64,000 nucleotides of DNA, from assembly GCA_038230375.1 (NCBI GenBank), contig JBBRNJ010000010.1:1-64000 (forward strand), in the 5' to 3' direction. The translations under genes and the position numbers were made by a program. The notes under the pieces were generated by a model that worked only from the letters and a program-made list of their open reading frames with translations, made no database searches and had not been told where the DNA came from. This stretch comes from Polyangiales bacterium (lineage in GTDB: Bacteria; Myxococcota_A; Polyangia; Polyangiales; Polyangiaceae). Below are positions 9,633 to 19,274 of the stretch, piece by piece (positions within the stretch are counted from its first letter, which is position 1; every line of letters starts with the position of its first letter).

Positions 9633-9996
9633 GCTGCTCACGTCTTGCGGGGCGCGCCTGGGCTCCGCCCGCCCCTGGCGGCGGTCGCCCTTTGTTGTCC
9701 GGGCGGGCCTTGCCGGTTCTTGGACGTGTTGGGTTACTGCACTGGGATTTCCGTCACCCGAACCTGAAGCCCGCCCGGCCAAAAAGAGCGCCGCCGACCT
9801 GACGGGGCTCTGCGCAGGGTCGACAGACAAGATGTGGAGACCCATTCGGGCAGTCGTGATGGGAGCGCCGCGGCGGTCAGGCAACGTCGAAGTCGAGGTC
9901 GAAGTCGTCGTCCACTCGGCGGTCGAGCGAGACCGCTCCGCCACCCCCTTGGCGATGTCGTGTCCGAGCCGATCTGCGTCATGCGCGGCATGACGT
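9633..9996. repeat. Structured dispersed repeat B, copy 1
   Basis: 9646..9915 nearly identical to 11171..11476; tail 9926..9996 similar to 11695..11766; contains a long imperfect palindrome. Confidence 0.9.
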
Positions 9997-10248
9997 TGTT
10001 GACGAGCGCGAACAGGCGCTCGCGTACGTGAACGAGGATGGCCTGTGCCGGTGGCTGAGCACCACCGAGCCCGCCATCGAACTTCCGACGTCGAGTGCGT
10101 GCGCCGCCCGTGATAGGCAGCCCCGATGGCCAGTATGGGCCAGGACATCTCCTCCGTGGAGATCGAAGGCGTCCTCATCCATCACCCGGCAGTGCAGGAG
10201 CACGGCCCATGCATCGCTGAACGTCCCGGGTCGACTACAGGCCTCTCT

Positions 10249-10276
10249 TTGAGCGTCCAGGAGAAGCTGCTAGAAT
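10249..10276 (+). promoter_or_regulatory. Putative sigma70-type promoter (TTGAGC-16-TAGAAT with extended -10 TG), probably leaderless transcript
   Basis: Sequence match; ATG lies 8 nt after the -10 box and has no SD. Confidence 0.55.
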
Positions 10277-10284
10277 TGACGATC

Positions 10285-10533
10285 ATGGCGCAGGATGATC
10301 TCGCAGCTGCGGCCAAGGAACGGGCGGACCGACGCCGCGCGACATGGCAGGGAGGCGTCGTTCGTTCCTTCGCCGAGCTCGAGGAAGTAGACCGTCGTGG
10401 ATGGCAAACGACGACGGGCTCGGAGCGCGTCCTCATGATCTGGCCTCTCACCTGGGAAGCGATGCTTCTCGCAGGCTTCAATGGACCTCCACCCCGACTT
10501 CAGAGATCTGCTGGCGGCGTTCGTCGCCGCTAG
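10285..10533 (+). CDS. Small hypothetical protein, partner of the nucleotidyltransferase
   Basis: 82-aa ORF overlapping next gene; promoter-like sequence directly upstream. Confidence 0.7.
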   Translation: MAQDDLAAAAKERADRRRATWQGGVVRSFAELEEVDRRGWQTTTGSERVLMIWPLTWEAMLLAGFNGPPPRLQRSAGGVRRR

Positions 10534-10942
10534 CGTCCGCTTCGTCGTTCTCGGCGGATATGCTGTGGGCCACCACGGAAAGCCGCGAGCGACGAAGGAT
10601 CTCGATCTCCTCGTTTCGCGCGAGGGCGACAACCTCGAGCGCGTCGCGACCGCTCTCACCCGATTCGGTGCGCCGGGCTCCGTCATCGAAGATGTGCGTG
10701 GAATGCAGCTCGATGAAATTGTCTACCTCGGAGTCGCGCCTGTTCATGTCGACATCATGGCGCGAGCGGACGGCATCGACACCGAGCTCGTCATCCGCCG
10801 AGCGGTATACGTGGACCTCCAAGGCACGGCCATTCCTTTCATCTCGCTGGCCGATCTGATCGCCAACAAGCAGGCTTCAGGAAGACCGCAGGACCTGGCG
10901 GACGTGGCGTTGCTGGAAGCCTTCGCCATGCCACAACCCTGA
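10481..10942 (+). CDS. Nucleotidyltransferase family protein (DUF6036-like, TA-associated)
   Basis: GGYAV...PRATKDLDL and LIANKQASGRPQDLAD motifs. Confidence 0.85.
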   Translation: MDLHPDFRDLLAAFVAASVRFVVLGGYAVGHHGKPRATKDLDLLVSREGDNLERVATALTRFGAPGSVIEDVRGMQLDEIVYLGVAPVHVDIMARADGIDTELVIRRAVYVDLQGTAIPFISLADLIANKQASGRPQDLADVALLEAFAMPQP

Positions 10943-11144
10943 CCCGCGACTTGCCCGGGCGATACCGGTGACGTTCACCGGGGGGCTGGCGCGTAAGTAA
11001 GAGAAGGGCCACTTGTCCCCCGTCGGGGATCACGAAGCGCAAACTCCTATCCTTCCCGCGATGGACGCACGCTCTCGCAAGCTCGCGATCGCGCTGGCAG
11101 CTCTCGCGTGCTGCTGACTCTGGCTCGGGATGGCGGCCCGCTCA

Positions 11145-11800
11145 GCTGCTCACGTTTGCTGTTCAGGGCGTGCGGGGCGCGCGTGCGCTCCGCCCGCCCC
11201 TGGCGGCGGTCGCCCTTTGTTGGCCGGGCGGGCCTTGCCGGTTCTTGGATGTGTTGGGCTACTGCGCAGGGATTTCCGCCACCCGAACCTGAAGCCCGCC
11301 CGTCCAAAAAGAGCGCCGCCGACCTGACGGGGCTCTGCGCAAGGGCAGCGGACAAGATGTGGAGACCCATTCGGGCAGTCGTGATCGGAGCGCCGCGGCG
11401 GTCAGGCAACGTCGAGGTCGAGGTCGAGGTCGAGGTCGAAGTCGAAGTCGAGGTCGAGGTCGAGGTCGTCGTCGACTGACATCGGTACGCCACCTCGTTC
11501 GCGACGTTGTGTCCGAGCTGATCTGACGGCGGCGCTAGCCGAGGCAGGGGAGTCTCACGAGCGAGCCACGATTGGTCAGGTTCGCCCGCGCGGCGCTATC
11601 CTTCCCGCGGTGCAGGTCTCACGAACTGTGTTGCAAGAATGCACGCACCGTCGATGTCACGCTTCCAGATGGTGGGTGTTGGCCATTCCCGATGGGCGAG
11701 ACCACTCCGCCACCTCGTTAGCGATGTCCTGTCCGAGCTGATCTGCGTCGTGCGCAGCATGACGTCGGCGTTAGCCGAGGCAGGGGAGTCTCGCGAGCGG
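11145..11800. repeat. Structured dispersed repeat B, copy 2 plus duplicated tail segments, with expanded GTCGAR hexamer tract at 11411..11476
   Basis: Direct repeat of 9633..9996; 11488..11563 repeated at about 11706..11799. Confidence 0.85.
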
Positions 11801-11927
11801 AGCTCGTGAGGGGACGAAGTCCCACGCGACAAGGACGATGATCTGCGCCTCGCCCCCTTTCACGACGCTACGACACGGCACCAGCAAGCAACGACCGTCC
11901 AGCCCTAGGGCAGGCGGTCACCCGACA

Positions 11928-13436
11928 TCAGAACATCACCACGCCCTGAATGAACAGATCAACAATCGTCGTGTTGTCGGCGGTGAAGCGGTGGCCTGGG
12001 GTGTCGATGACGGCTCTTTGGTTTGGGTTTGGGATGCCGGTGATGGGTTGCGGGCCGGCTCCTCCGTTGACCACTCCGTGGCAGGGGCCTGCGGCGCTCG
12101 GGTCGCTCACGAAGCTCGGGTTGCAGAACTGTGCGGCCGTGATGAAGTGTTGCTGGGCGTAGGTGAGGCCTCCGCCGGCGGTGAACTTCACGTACTCGCC
12201 TGCTTGCCATGTGACGCTTGCCAGGCCGCCGAAGGTGCCGAAGCCGTCCTGGTCCGTGATGCCCGTGAAGGGGATGGTCTGCTTCGCGGGGTCGACCACG
12301 CTGCTGACGCCGTCGGGGCCCAGCGTGTAGCCGCCCGGGTTCGGCGTGTGGAGCGAGCGCGCCGACGATGAGCCGAGCGCGTCGAAGAGCTCGCTGTATT
12401 CGCGGCCCGGCGAGTGGTACTCGGCGCGTCCGCGGAAGTCGATGACCAGGCGCTGGAACTGCTCGCGCTGCTCCCAGGGAATCACCTCGGTGCCGAGCGT
12501 GAAGCCACCGACGAGCGGCGGCGCATTGAGCAGCGAGCCCTTCACGTCGTTCGTCTGGCCGAAGTCGCTGTTGCCCTGCGGGAACTCGGCAAGGAAGTTG
12601 AAGCCGGTGTACGGCTCGACGTAACCGAAGCGACGCGAGAAGACGGTCATCACGTTGATGCCGTTCATCGCGCGGCTGATGCCGGGGTCGCGGTTGGAAC
12701 CAGACACCGGGTCCGGGCACTTGGACGCTCCTGCGGCCGCATTGTCGTTGCAGGCATGGAGGCGCGGGCCGATGGCGAATCGACCGTCGACGCCGACGAC
12801 CCACGTGGGCTTGGTCTCGTCGCGCTGCTGGTTCAGGATTGCGTACTTGAGCCCGACGCTGAACCAGTCCACGCCGCTTCGCGTGGGGCTCTTGAACGGC
12901 ACAGCGAAGAGCTGATCGCCGCGCCCGTCCGTGGTGCGCTGGGCGTTCCGCGAGGAGCCGTTCAGATCTCCGAGCTCACGCGAGTCTGCGAGGATGAGCG
13001 GCAGGCGGAACGAGATCGCGAGATCCTTGTAGAGGCCGACGTCCGCGCCAAAGTTGAGCAAGCTCACGGACTGGCTGTAGGACGCGACGTTCTCCGTGGA
13101 TGCGACGAAGCCGCCCGTGGAGAGGCCCGGCTGGAACAGGTTTGTCTCGCGACGGATGTCGGAGTGCTTCCAGGTCTGCTGGAACCCGAGCGTCAGGTGC
13201 AGATCGAACGGATCGTCGCGGTCGAACGCGTCGACGACGCTGGTGACCTCCGCGGTCTCGCTCATCAATCGCGGCTCGCTCGAGGTGACGGGCTCTTCCG
13301 CGAAAGCCGGGACCTCGGCGGCTGCGATCAGGCAAAGCGCCACGCTCGCGTAGAACGCGACCGGGCCAGCCACAACACGCGGCTGTGCACTCCACGCCAG
13401 AACCCACCCACGCCCGCGAACGAGTGCCAAACCCAT
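11928..13436 (-). CDS. Putative outer-membrane beta-barrel protein
   Basis: Signal-like N-terminus, alternating amphipathic strands, C-terminal DLFIQGVVMF; start uncertain. Confidence 0.7.
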   Translation of the reverse strand: MGLALVRGRGWVLAWSAQPRVVAGPVAFYASVALCLIAAAEVPAFAEEPVTSSEPRLMSETAEVTSVVDAFDRDDPFDLHLTLGFQQTWKHSDIRRETNLFQPGLSTGGFVASTENVASYSQSVSLLNFGADVGLYKDLAISFRLPLILADSRELGDLNGSSRNAQRTTDGRGDQLFAVPFKSPTRSGVDWFSVGLKYAILNQQRDETKPTWVVGVDGRFAIGPRLHACNDNAAAGASKCPDPVSGSNRDPGISRAMNGINVMTVFSRRFGYVEPYTGFNFLAEFPQGNSDFGQTNDVKGSLLNAPPLVGGFTLGTEVIPWEQREQFQRLVIDFRGRAEYHSPGREYSELFDALGSSSARSLHTPNPGGYTLGPDGVSSVVDPAKQTIPFTGITDQDGFGTFGGLASVTWQAGEYVKFTAGGGLTYAQQHFITAAQFCNPSFVSDPSAAGPCHGVVNGGAGPQPITGIPNPNQRAVIDTPGHRFTADNTTIVDLFIQGVVMF

Positions 13437-13490
13437 GCGTTTCGCCGACGCTACGGCAACTTGCGCCTGGGGGGAAGCGCAAAACGGGGC

Positions 13491-14846
13491 CTACTTTTTC
13501 GGGACCGGAGGTTTCGTGGCCGGCTTGGACACCGGCTTGGCCGCGGAGATGGCCTCGAGGGAGGGGAAAATCTCGACGGTGACGTCCTCGTACTCGACGG
13601 CGGCCATCTCCTCCTTCGCCTGACGGAGCTCGCCAGAGGTCTGGTCGAGGCGGTCCGCCAGTGCGCCGAGGAACTGCCAGAGGATCTTGACAGCGGCCTC
13701 GTGGTCCTGGCGGAGGATGTCGAAGAAATCAGCGCGGCGCATGACCAGGAGCTCGCTCGGCCCGTCGCTGATGATGGTGGCGGAGCGGGGCACGGCCCGG
13801 ATGAGCGCCATCTCGCCGAAGTGCTGGCCCTGACCCAGCGTGGTGAGCGCCTCCTCGCCGCGGAGCACGCGCACGCGTCCTTCGAGGATGATGTAGAGCT
13901 CCTCGCCCTTGTCGCCCTCGCGGATGACTACATCCTCCGCCTTGAACGACTGCACCTGGAGGGCCTGCATGACGCGGAGCAGCTCGCGCTCGGTCAGGCG
14001 CGAGAACATCGGCAACTTCGCGACGACCTCCCGCTTCATCGCGACCTTCTTGGCGCGCTCCTCCCCGCCGCTCTCGCCGCCGATGTGGACGACGATGCAT
14101 GTGATGTTGTCCTTGCCGCCGCGCTCGTTCGCCAGGTGCACGAGGGACTTCGTGGCGTCGTCGCCCTCGAGCGCGATGTAGTTGCCCAGCTCCTCCGCGG
14201 ACTCGAGATAGCCCGTGAGGCCGTCGCTCGCGAGCGTGAAGCGATCGCCAGGCACGAGCTCCAGCATCAGCGTGTCCACGTCGACGCGCTCGTAGACGCC
14301 CACGGCGCGCGTGATGGCGTTCTTCTGCTGGACCTTCGCGATCTGGTCCTGCGTGAGCTTTCCGCGTCGAATCAGCTCGTTCATCACGGTGTGGTCTTCC
14401 GTGATCTGCTGGCACTTGCCCGCCCGCAGCATGTAGATGCGGCTGTCACCCACGTGCGCGATGAAGCCGTGATGCCCGAGCACGAGCAGCAGGCTGAGCG
14501 TGGTGCCCATGCCGCGCTTCTCCGCGTCCGCCTGCGCCTCTTCGTGGATGCGCTGACAGGCGCGCTGGACCGCGTGCTCCAGGAGCGTCGTGATGTCCGT
14601 GGCCGTCACGCGGTTCGCGCCGCGCGCGCTCAAGACGTAGTCGGAGAGGAGTTCCTTCTCGCGCTTCAGCTCCTCGTGGATCGTGCGCACACAGATGGCG
14701 CTCGCGACCTCACCGGCTGCATGCCCACCCATGCCATCGGCGACCATGAAGAGCTGGAGCTTCTTGTCGACGAGGAAGTTGTCCTCGTTGTGCTCCCGCA
14801 CTCGACCTACGTCAGTGGCGGCGAAGAATCGGGTCGCGTCGGTCAT
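13491..14846 (-). CDS. PP2C-family Ser/Thr phosphatase with C-terminal cyclic-nucleotide-binding domain
   Basis: TDVGRVREHNED, VADGMGGH, GMGTT, HVGDSR, SDGL, GGKDNIT; FGEMAL...PRSAT. Confidence 0.95.
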   Translation of the reverse strand: MTDATRFFAATDVGRVREHNEDNFLVDKKLQLFMVADGMGGHAAGEVASAICVRTIHEELKREKELLSDYVLSARGANRVTATDITTLLEHAVQRACQRIHEEAQADAEKRGMGTTLSLLLVLGHHGFIAHVGDSRIYMLRAGKCQQITEDHTVMNELIRRGKLTQDQIAKVQQKNAITRAVGVYERVDVDTLMLELVPGDRFTLASDGLTGYLESAEELGNYIALEGDDATKSLVHLANERGGKDNITCIVVHIGGESGGEERAKKVAMKREVVAKLPMFSRLTERELLRVMQALQVQSFKAEDVVIREGDKGEELYIILEGRVRVLRGEEALTTLGQGQHFGEMALIRAVPRSATIISDGPSELLVMRRADFFDILRQDHEAAVKILWQFLGALADRLDQTSGELRQAKEEMAAVEYEDVTVEIFPSLEAISAAKPVSKPATKPPVPKK

Positions 14847-14959
14847 CCCTACAGTCCGATTCTCGACGTTACCGCGTGATCACCTTCTGCCGCACCAGTT
14901 TGTTGGGGTGGGGCGTCCAAAGTCCATGTAGGTACGCTGCAAGAGGTCCAGCGACCGAC

Positions 14960-15297
14960 ATGGGCTACGACGTTTTCGCGATCGGGATGATGGTGTTGTC
15001 CGTCGTCGCGGCAATCCTCTTCATCGTGATGCGCGATCGCCTCCGCCGCCTCGACGAGGGGACGTGTCGTCGCTGTGGGCGGAGTATGCCCGCGCGAAAG
15101 GCTTCACCTTCGTGCCCCCCGCCGGCGACTGGCCGAACCGCACTGTGCCGCGTCTGATGGCCGTCAGCGGCGACCTCCGGATCGTGCTCGTGCGCGAAGG
15201 TGAGCAGGTGGTGACCCGCATGGAGCTCCGGCAGTGCTCACCTCCGACGTGGCGCGCGCACTGTCAGCGGCAGTTGCCAGGTAGCGATTCCGCGTAG
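14960..15297 (+). pseudogene. Possible frameshifted/truncated small membrane protein gene
   Basis: TM-bearing frame MGYDVFAIG..LDEG would continue as DVSSLWAEYARAKGF if one G were added to the G-run near 15058..15061. Confidence 0.4.
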
Positions 15298-15327
15298 CCA
15301 CGCTGTCTTTTTGATACCCTCGTAGCG

Positions 15328-18207
15328 ATGTCCCGGGCGAGCCTCCAGGAGTTCCGCGCCGCGCCGTGGCCATCCCCACCAGCGGCTGCGGAGTTCGCAG
15401 CTGCGTGCGCCTCCATTGGCGCCGTCGAGCTGTCGAAGTGGCTCGAGGTCCTGCTCGATACCGTCGGAGACCCGCGGTACGTGGAGCGGCTCCGCGTCTT
15501 CGCGATGGTCGCCGAGCGCACGCTCGACCCCGCGTTGTTCGTCCCCTATGTGCAGTGTCTCGGGACGCATGAGCCACACCTCCGCGGGCTCCTCGTCAGC
15601 CTGATACCAAGGGTCAACAGCGTTCCCGGCCACCTCGAGCTGTGTCGCATGCTCGGCGTCACCGATCCGGCAAGCCGTGCCCTTGCCGCGAAGCTCCTGC
15701 AGACCCTCGGCGGCAAGCAAGCCTTCGACATGCTCGTGCAGCTCGTACGCGATCCGTCGTTCGCCGGTCGCATCGACGCCATCGATCTGATGATGCCGCG
15801 GGCGCTGCATGGGAGTGCACCTCTGCTCGTCGCGGTCATCGCGTCGGGCCGTCCCAACGAGAGGGCGCACGCGCTTCGCATGCTCCTCACAAAGCCCTTC
15901 GTCGCGCATCCCGCGCTCGCCCTGGAGGTGGCCTCGCACGCGCTCGCCGACGCTGACGAGCGCGTGCTCCGGGAAGCCATGAGCGTCGTCGCCGCCTACT
16001 CGTCCGAGGAGGACTTCACGGCACGGACCGAGATGCTCCTCGCCTCCAACGAACCCAACAAGCAGCGGATCGTTGTCGAGCAACTGGCGCGATTCCCGAG
16101 CCGCCGAACGATCCAGATCCTCACACGAAAGCTGCGGGAGCGCGTCAGCATCGTCCAGCTCGCCGTGGTGGACGCAGCGGAGCGCATCGCGACCGACGCA
16201 GTGCTCCCGATCCTGGTGGAAGGGCTCACGGACGCACAGCTTCCAGTGAAGACCGCTTCGCTCAACGCCATCGCTCGTCTGTCGGAGACGGGCCGCGTGG
16301 ACGCCGCGCGGGCCGTGCTGTGGCTACTGCGGAGCCGTGACGTCAACGTGCGTCGCATCGCCGTCGAGGTGTTGAATCGCGTGGGCGATCCAAGCGGCGA
16401 TCTTGCGCCGCGCTTACTCAAGTTCCTTCGCGATGAAGACTGGTGGGTTCGCGAGCGCACCATGGATGCACTCGTCGCCATGATGCCTGGACCGGTGCTC
16501 GCGGGGCACCTGATCACGTACCTGTCCGACAAGTCTCCCGTTGTTCGTCGCTTCGCGGTGGGGACGTTTCGGCGCATCGCCGAGCCGTCGACGCTCGGGG
16601 TGCTGCTGGGCGTCGCGCAGGGTGATCCGGACTGGTGGGTTCGCGAAGAGGCGGTGCTCGCCCTTGCTGCGATCGCGGACACGCGCGTCTCTGGCTATCT
16701 CGTGGAGCTTGGACGCGAGCAGCACGACCTTCGCCTGGTGTGCGTGGACTCGCTGAAGCAGCGGAACGCAACGGAGGCGCTCGAGTTCGTGGTCGAATGT
16801 CTGCAAGACGAAGACGCGGACATTCGCGTCGCGTCGCTCCTTGCTCTCGGCGAGCTCGGTGGGCGCGCGCAAGTCCACATGCTCGAATCGCTCCTCGAGG
16901 ATCCGTCGCCGCAGGTCCAGCGGACCGCGCGCGATCTCCTCACGCGCTGGAAGGTCCAGGCGGAGCCCACCATTCGCAGCAAGGTCGGCGTGGACCGGCT
17001 CCTTGCCGCGGTCGTCGAGGGAGACGCAGACGACCTTCTTCTCTTCGCGGGCCGTGTGCCCTACGTGAAGCGCCGCGGCGTCGTGGAGCCTCTTCATGGC
17101 TGGAAGCCGCTCTCGAACGACACCCTGGCTTCACTTCTCGACACGCTCCTGTCGCCGGCCCAGCGCGAGGCCTTTCGTGCGGGCCGCGATGTGGATCTGT
17201 CCCATGAGATGCGCGCGCTCGGTGCCCGGTTTCGCGTGAACGTGTTCACGCATCTCGGCGGCGCGGGCGCGGTCTTCCGTGTCGTGAAGAACGACGCCTT
17301 GCTGATCGTCCTGGAGAACCTTGGCCTGCCCGAGAGCGTGAATCGTCTGGCGCATCTCAAGGACGGCCTGGTCCTGATCGGCGGTCCGACCGGCGCAGGA
17401 AAATCCACCACCCTGGCGGCGCTGGTGGACCGCATCAATCGAACGCAGGCGCGTCACATCGTCACGATCGAGGATCCGATCGAGACGGTGCATCTCGGTG
17501 ATCGTTGCCTTGTCACCCAGCGCGAGGTCGGCTCGCACACCCGTTCTTTTCCCGATGCGTTGCGCGCTGCGCTCCGTCAGGACCCAGATGTCATCGTCGT
17601 CGGCGAGATGCGCGACGCTGCCACGTTCCAGTTCGCGGTCAGCGCGGCCGAGACGGGGCACCTGGTGCTGGCCACCATGCATACCTCCTCGTCCGAGACC
17701 ACGATCACGCGCATCATCAACAGCTTCCCCGGAACGCAGCAGGCGCAGGTGCGAGCCATGCTCGGCGCCTCGATCCGCGCGATCGTCTGCCAGATGCTGC
17801 TCCGTCGCAAGTCCGGCGAGGGTCGGGTGATCGCCGCAGAGGTCATGCTCAACACGGACGCCATCGCCAATCTCATTCGAAAGGGAAAAGAGTTCCAGAT
17901 CGCAACCTCGATCGCGATGGGGCGCGGCATCGGGATGCAGCTCCTGGATCACGAACTGGCACGACTGGTTCGCGAAAATTTGGTGGAGCCAGAGGAGGCG
18001 CACGCCCGCGCGGTCGACAAGGCGCAGTTCCAGGCCTTTCTGTCGGGCGCGGAAGCCGCAGCCAGGCCAGTCACGTCCACGCGTCCCGGTGCGCCAGAGG
18101 CCAGACGCTCCGTCCTCCCCGAGCCGCGGCGCTCCGTGGTCCCGGAGGCCCCGCCGAGCGGCAAGGCCATTCCCACGTCCCCCGGCCCACCCCCGAGCCG
18201 CAGATAG
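15328..18207 (+). CDS. HEAT-repeat / PilT-PilU family ATPase fusion
   Basis: About 545 aa of HEAT-like repeats (DEDWWVRE, DPDWWVRE, DEDADIR) followed by GPTGAGKST, EDPIE, DPDVIVVGEMRD, HLVLATMH, AIANLIR. Confidence 0.92.
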   Translation: MSRASLQEFRAAPWPSPPAAAEFAAACASIGAVELSKWLEVLLDTVGDPRYVERLRVFAMVAERTLDPALFVPYVQCLGTHEPHLRGLLVSLIPRVNSVPGHLELCRMLGVTDPASRALAAKLLQTLGGKQAFDMLVQLVRDPSFAGRIDAIDLMMPRALHGSAPLLVAVIASGRPNERAHALRMLLTKPFVAHPALALEVASHALADADERVLREAMSVVAAYSSEEDFTARTEMLLASNEPNKQRIVVEQLARFPSRRTIQILTRKLRERVSIVQLAVVDAAERIATDAVLPILVEGLTDAQLPVKTASLNAIARLSETGRVDAARAVLWLLRSRDVNVRRIAVEVLNRVGDPSGDLAPRLLKFLRDEDWWVRERTMDALVAMMPGPVLAGHLITYLSDKSPVVRRFAVGTFRRIAEPSTLGVLLGVAQGDPDWWVREEAVLALAAIADTRVSGYLVELGREQHDLRLVCVDSLKQRNATEALEFVVECLQDEDADIRVASLLALGELGGRAQVHMLESLLEDPSPQVQRTARDLLTRWKVQAEPTIRSKVGVDRLLAAVVEGDADDLLLFAGRVPYVKRRGVVEPLHGWKPLSNDTLASLLDTLLSPAQREAFRAGRDVDLSHEMRALGARFRVNVFTHLGGAGAVFRVVKNDALLIVLENLGLPESVNRLAHLKDGLVLIGGPTGAGKSTTLAALVDRINRTQARHIVTIEDPIETVHLGDRCLVTQREVGSHTRSFPDALRAALRQDPDVIVVGEMRDAATFQFAVSAAETGHLVLATMHTSSSETTITRIINSFPGTQQAQVRAMLGASIRAIVCQMLLRRKSGEGRVIAAEVMLNTDAIANLIRKGKEFQIATSIAMGRGIGMQLLDHELARLVRENLVEPEEAHARAVDKAQFQAFLSGAEAAARPVTSTRPGAPEARRSVLPEPRRSVVPEAPPSGKAIPTSPGPPPSRR

Positions 18208-18209
18208 TC

Positions 18210-19274
18210 ATGGCGCGTATCGACTCATTCCTGCGACTGGTGGTGGAGCAACGCGCGAGCGATCTTCATCTGCGCGCAGGCTACGTGCCGTTCGTGCGCT
18301 ACGTGGGCGAGCTCCATCCATTGCCGTTTCGCGTGCTCTCGCAGGAGGAGATGCTTCGGCTGCTCTCCGAGATCATGAACGCAGAGGACACCGCGCGCTT
18401 TCGCGCTGGGGAGGAGACGGACTTCGCCTACGCGCTCTCGGAGGACGGCGGCCGGTTCCGTGCCCACGTGTTTCATCACAGCGGCGGTGCCGGAGCGGTC
18501 TTTCGTGTGGTCCCGCAGGAGGCGCCCACGCTCGACGGTCTCATGATGCCGCCCGTGCTCAAGGGCATCGCGAAGGAGACGTCGGGCCTGGTGCTGGTCA
18601 CCGGGCCGACTGGCTCCGGAAAGACCACGACGCTTGCGGCGTTCATCAACGAGATCAACAGCAGCGTGCAGAAGCACATCATCACCATCGAGGACCCCAT
18701 CGAGTTCGTCCACGAACCGAAGAAGAGCATCATCACCCAGCGTCAGGTCGGCGTCCACGCAGAGTCGTTTGCGAGCGCGCTGAAGTCGGCGCTCCGTGAG
18801 GCGCCCGACGTGATCGTCGTTGGCGAGATGCGTGACCTGGAGACGGTGCAGCTTGCGCTGTCGGCGGCTGAGACAGGCGCACTGGTATTCGCCACCCTGC
18901 ACACGCGCAACAGCGCTCGCGCCATCGACCGCATACTCGACATCTGCAGCGAGGACTCCATCGAGCAAGTTCGCAACGGTCTTGCCGTGTCGCTGCGCGC
19001 GATCGTGGCGCAGTGCCTTTGCCGTCAGATCTCGGGCGATGCGCAGGTACCGGCAGTAGAGATCCTGCTCAACGGGCACGCCGTTGCCCACATGATCCGC
19101 GAGTCCAAGCTTCATCAGCTGGAGAGCTGGCTCAGGTCGCCGGAGCGCAGGCAGAGCGGAATGCAGAGCCTGGAAGGCCACGCCGCGGAGCTCTGCGACC
19201 AGGGGATCATCTCGCGCGAGGAGGCCGCTCGCATCGCAAATCAAGGTGAGTCGACCGGGAGCACGGCGGCATGA
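18210..19274 (+). CDS. pilT: PilT/PilU family ATPase
   Basis: ASDLHL, GPTGSGKTT, EDPIE, APDVIVVGEMRD, ATLH; paralog-type rather than necessarily the motility PilT. Confidence 0.9.
   Translation: MARIDSFLRLVVEQRASDLHLRAGYVPFVRYVGELHPLPFRVLSQEEMLRLLSEIMNAEDTARFRAGEETDFAYALSEDGGRFRAHVFHHSGGAGAVFRVVPQEAPTLDGLMMPPVLKGIAKETSGLVLVTGPTGSGKTTTLAAFINEINSSVQKHIITIEDPIEFVHEPKKSIITQRQVGVHAESFASALKSALREAPDVIVVGEMRDLETVQLALSAAETGALVFATLHTRNSARAIDRILDICSEDSIEQVRNGLAVSLRAIVAQCLCRQISGDAQVPAVEILLNGHAVAHMIRESKLHQLESWLRSPERRQSGMQSLEGHAAELCDQGIISREEAARIANQGESTGSTAA

Noticed and set aside
9670..9800. 6S RNA or other known ncRNA in repeat B
   Set aside because: Long hairpin present, but it is duplicated locally and I recognise no family-specific motif; needs an Rfam search
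12414..14879. 821-aa plus-strand ORF
   Set aside because: Antisense shadow of the PP2C and barrel genes; typical of high-GC DNA and has no motifs
17505..18209. N-terminal extension of the second PilT
   Set aside because: Overlaps the HEAT-PilT gene; the canonical MARIDSFL start is at 18210
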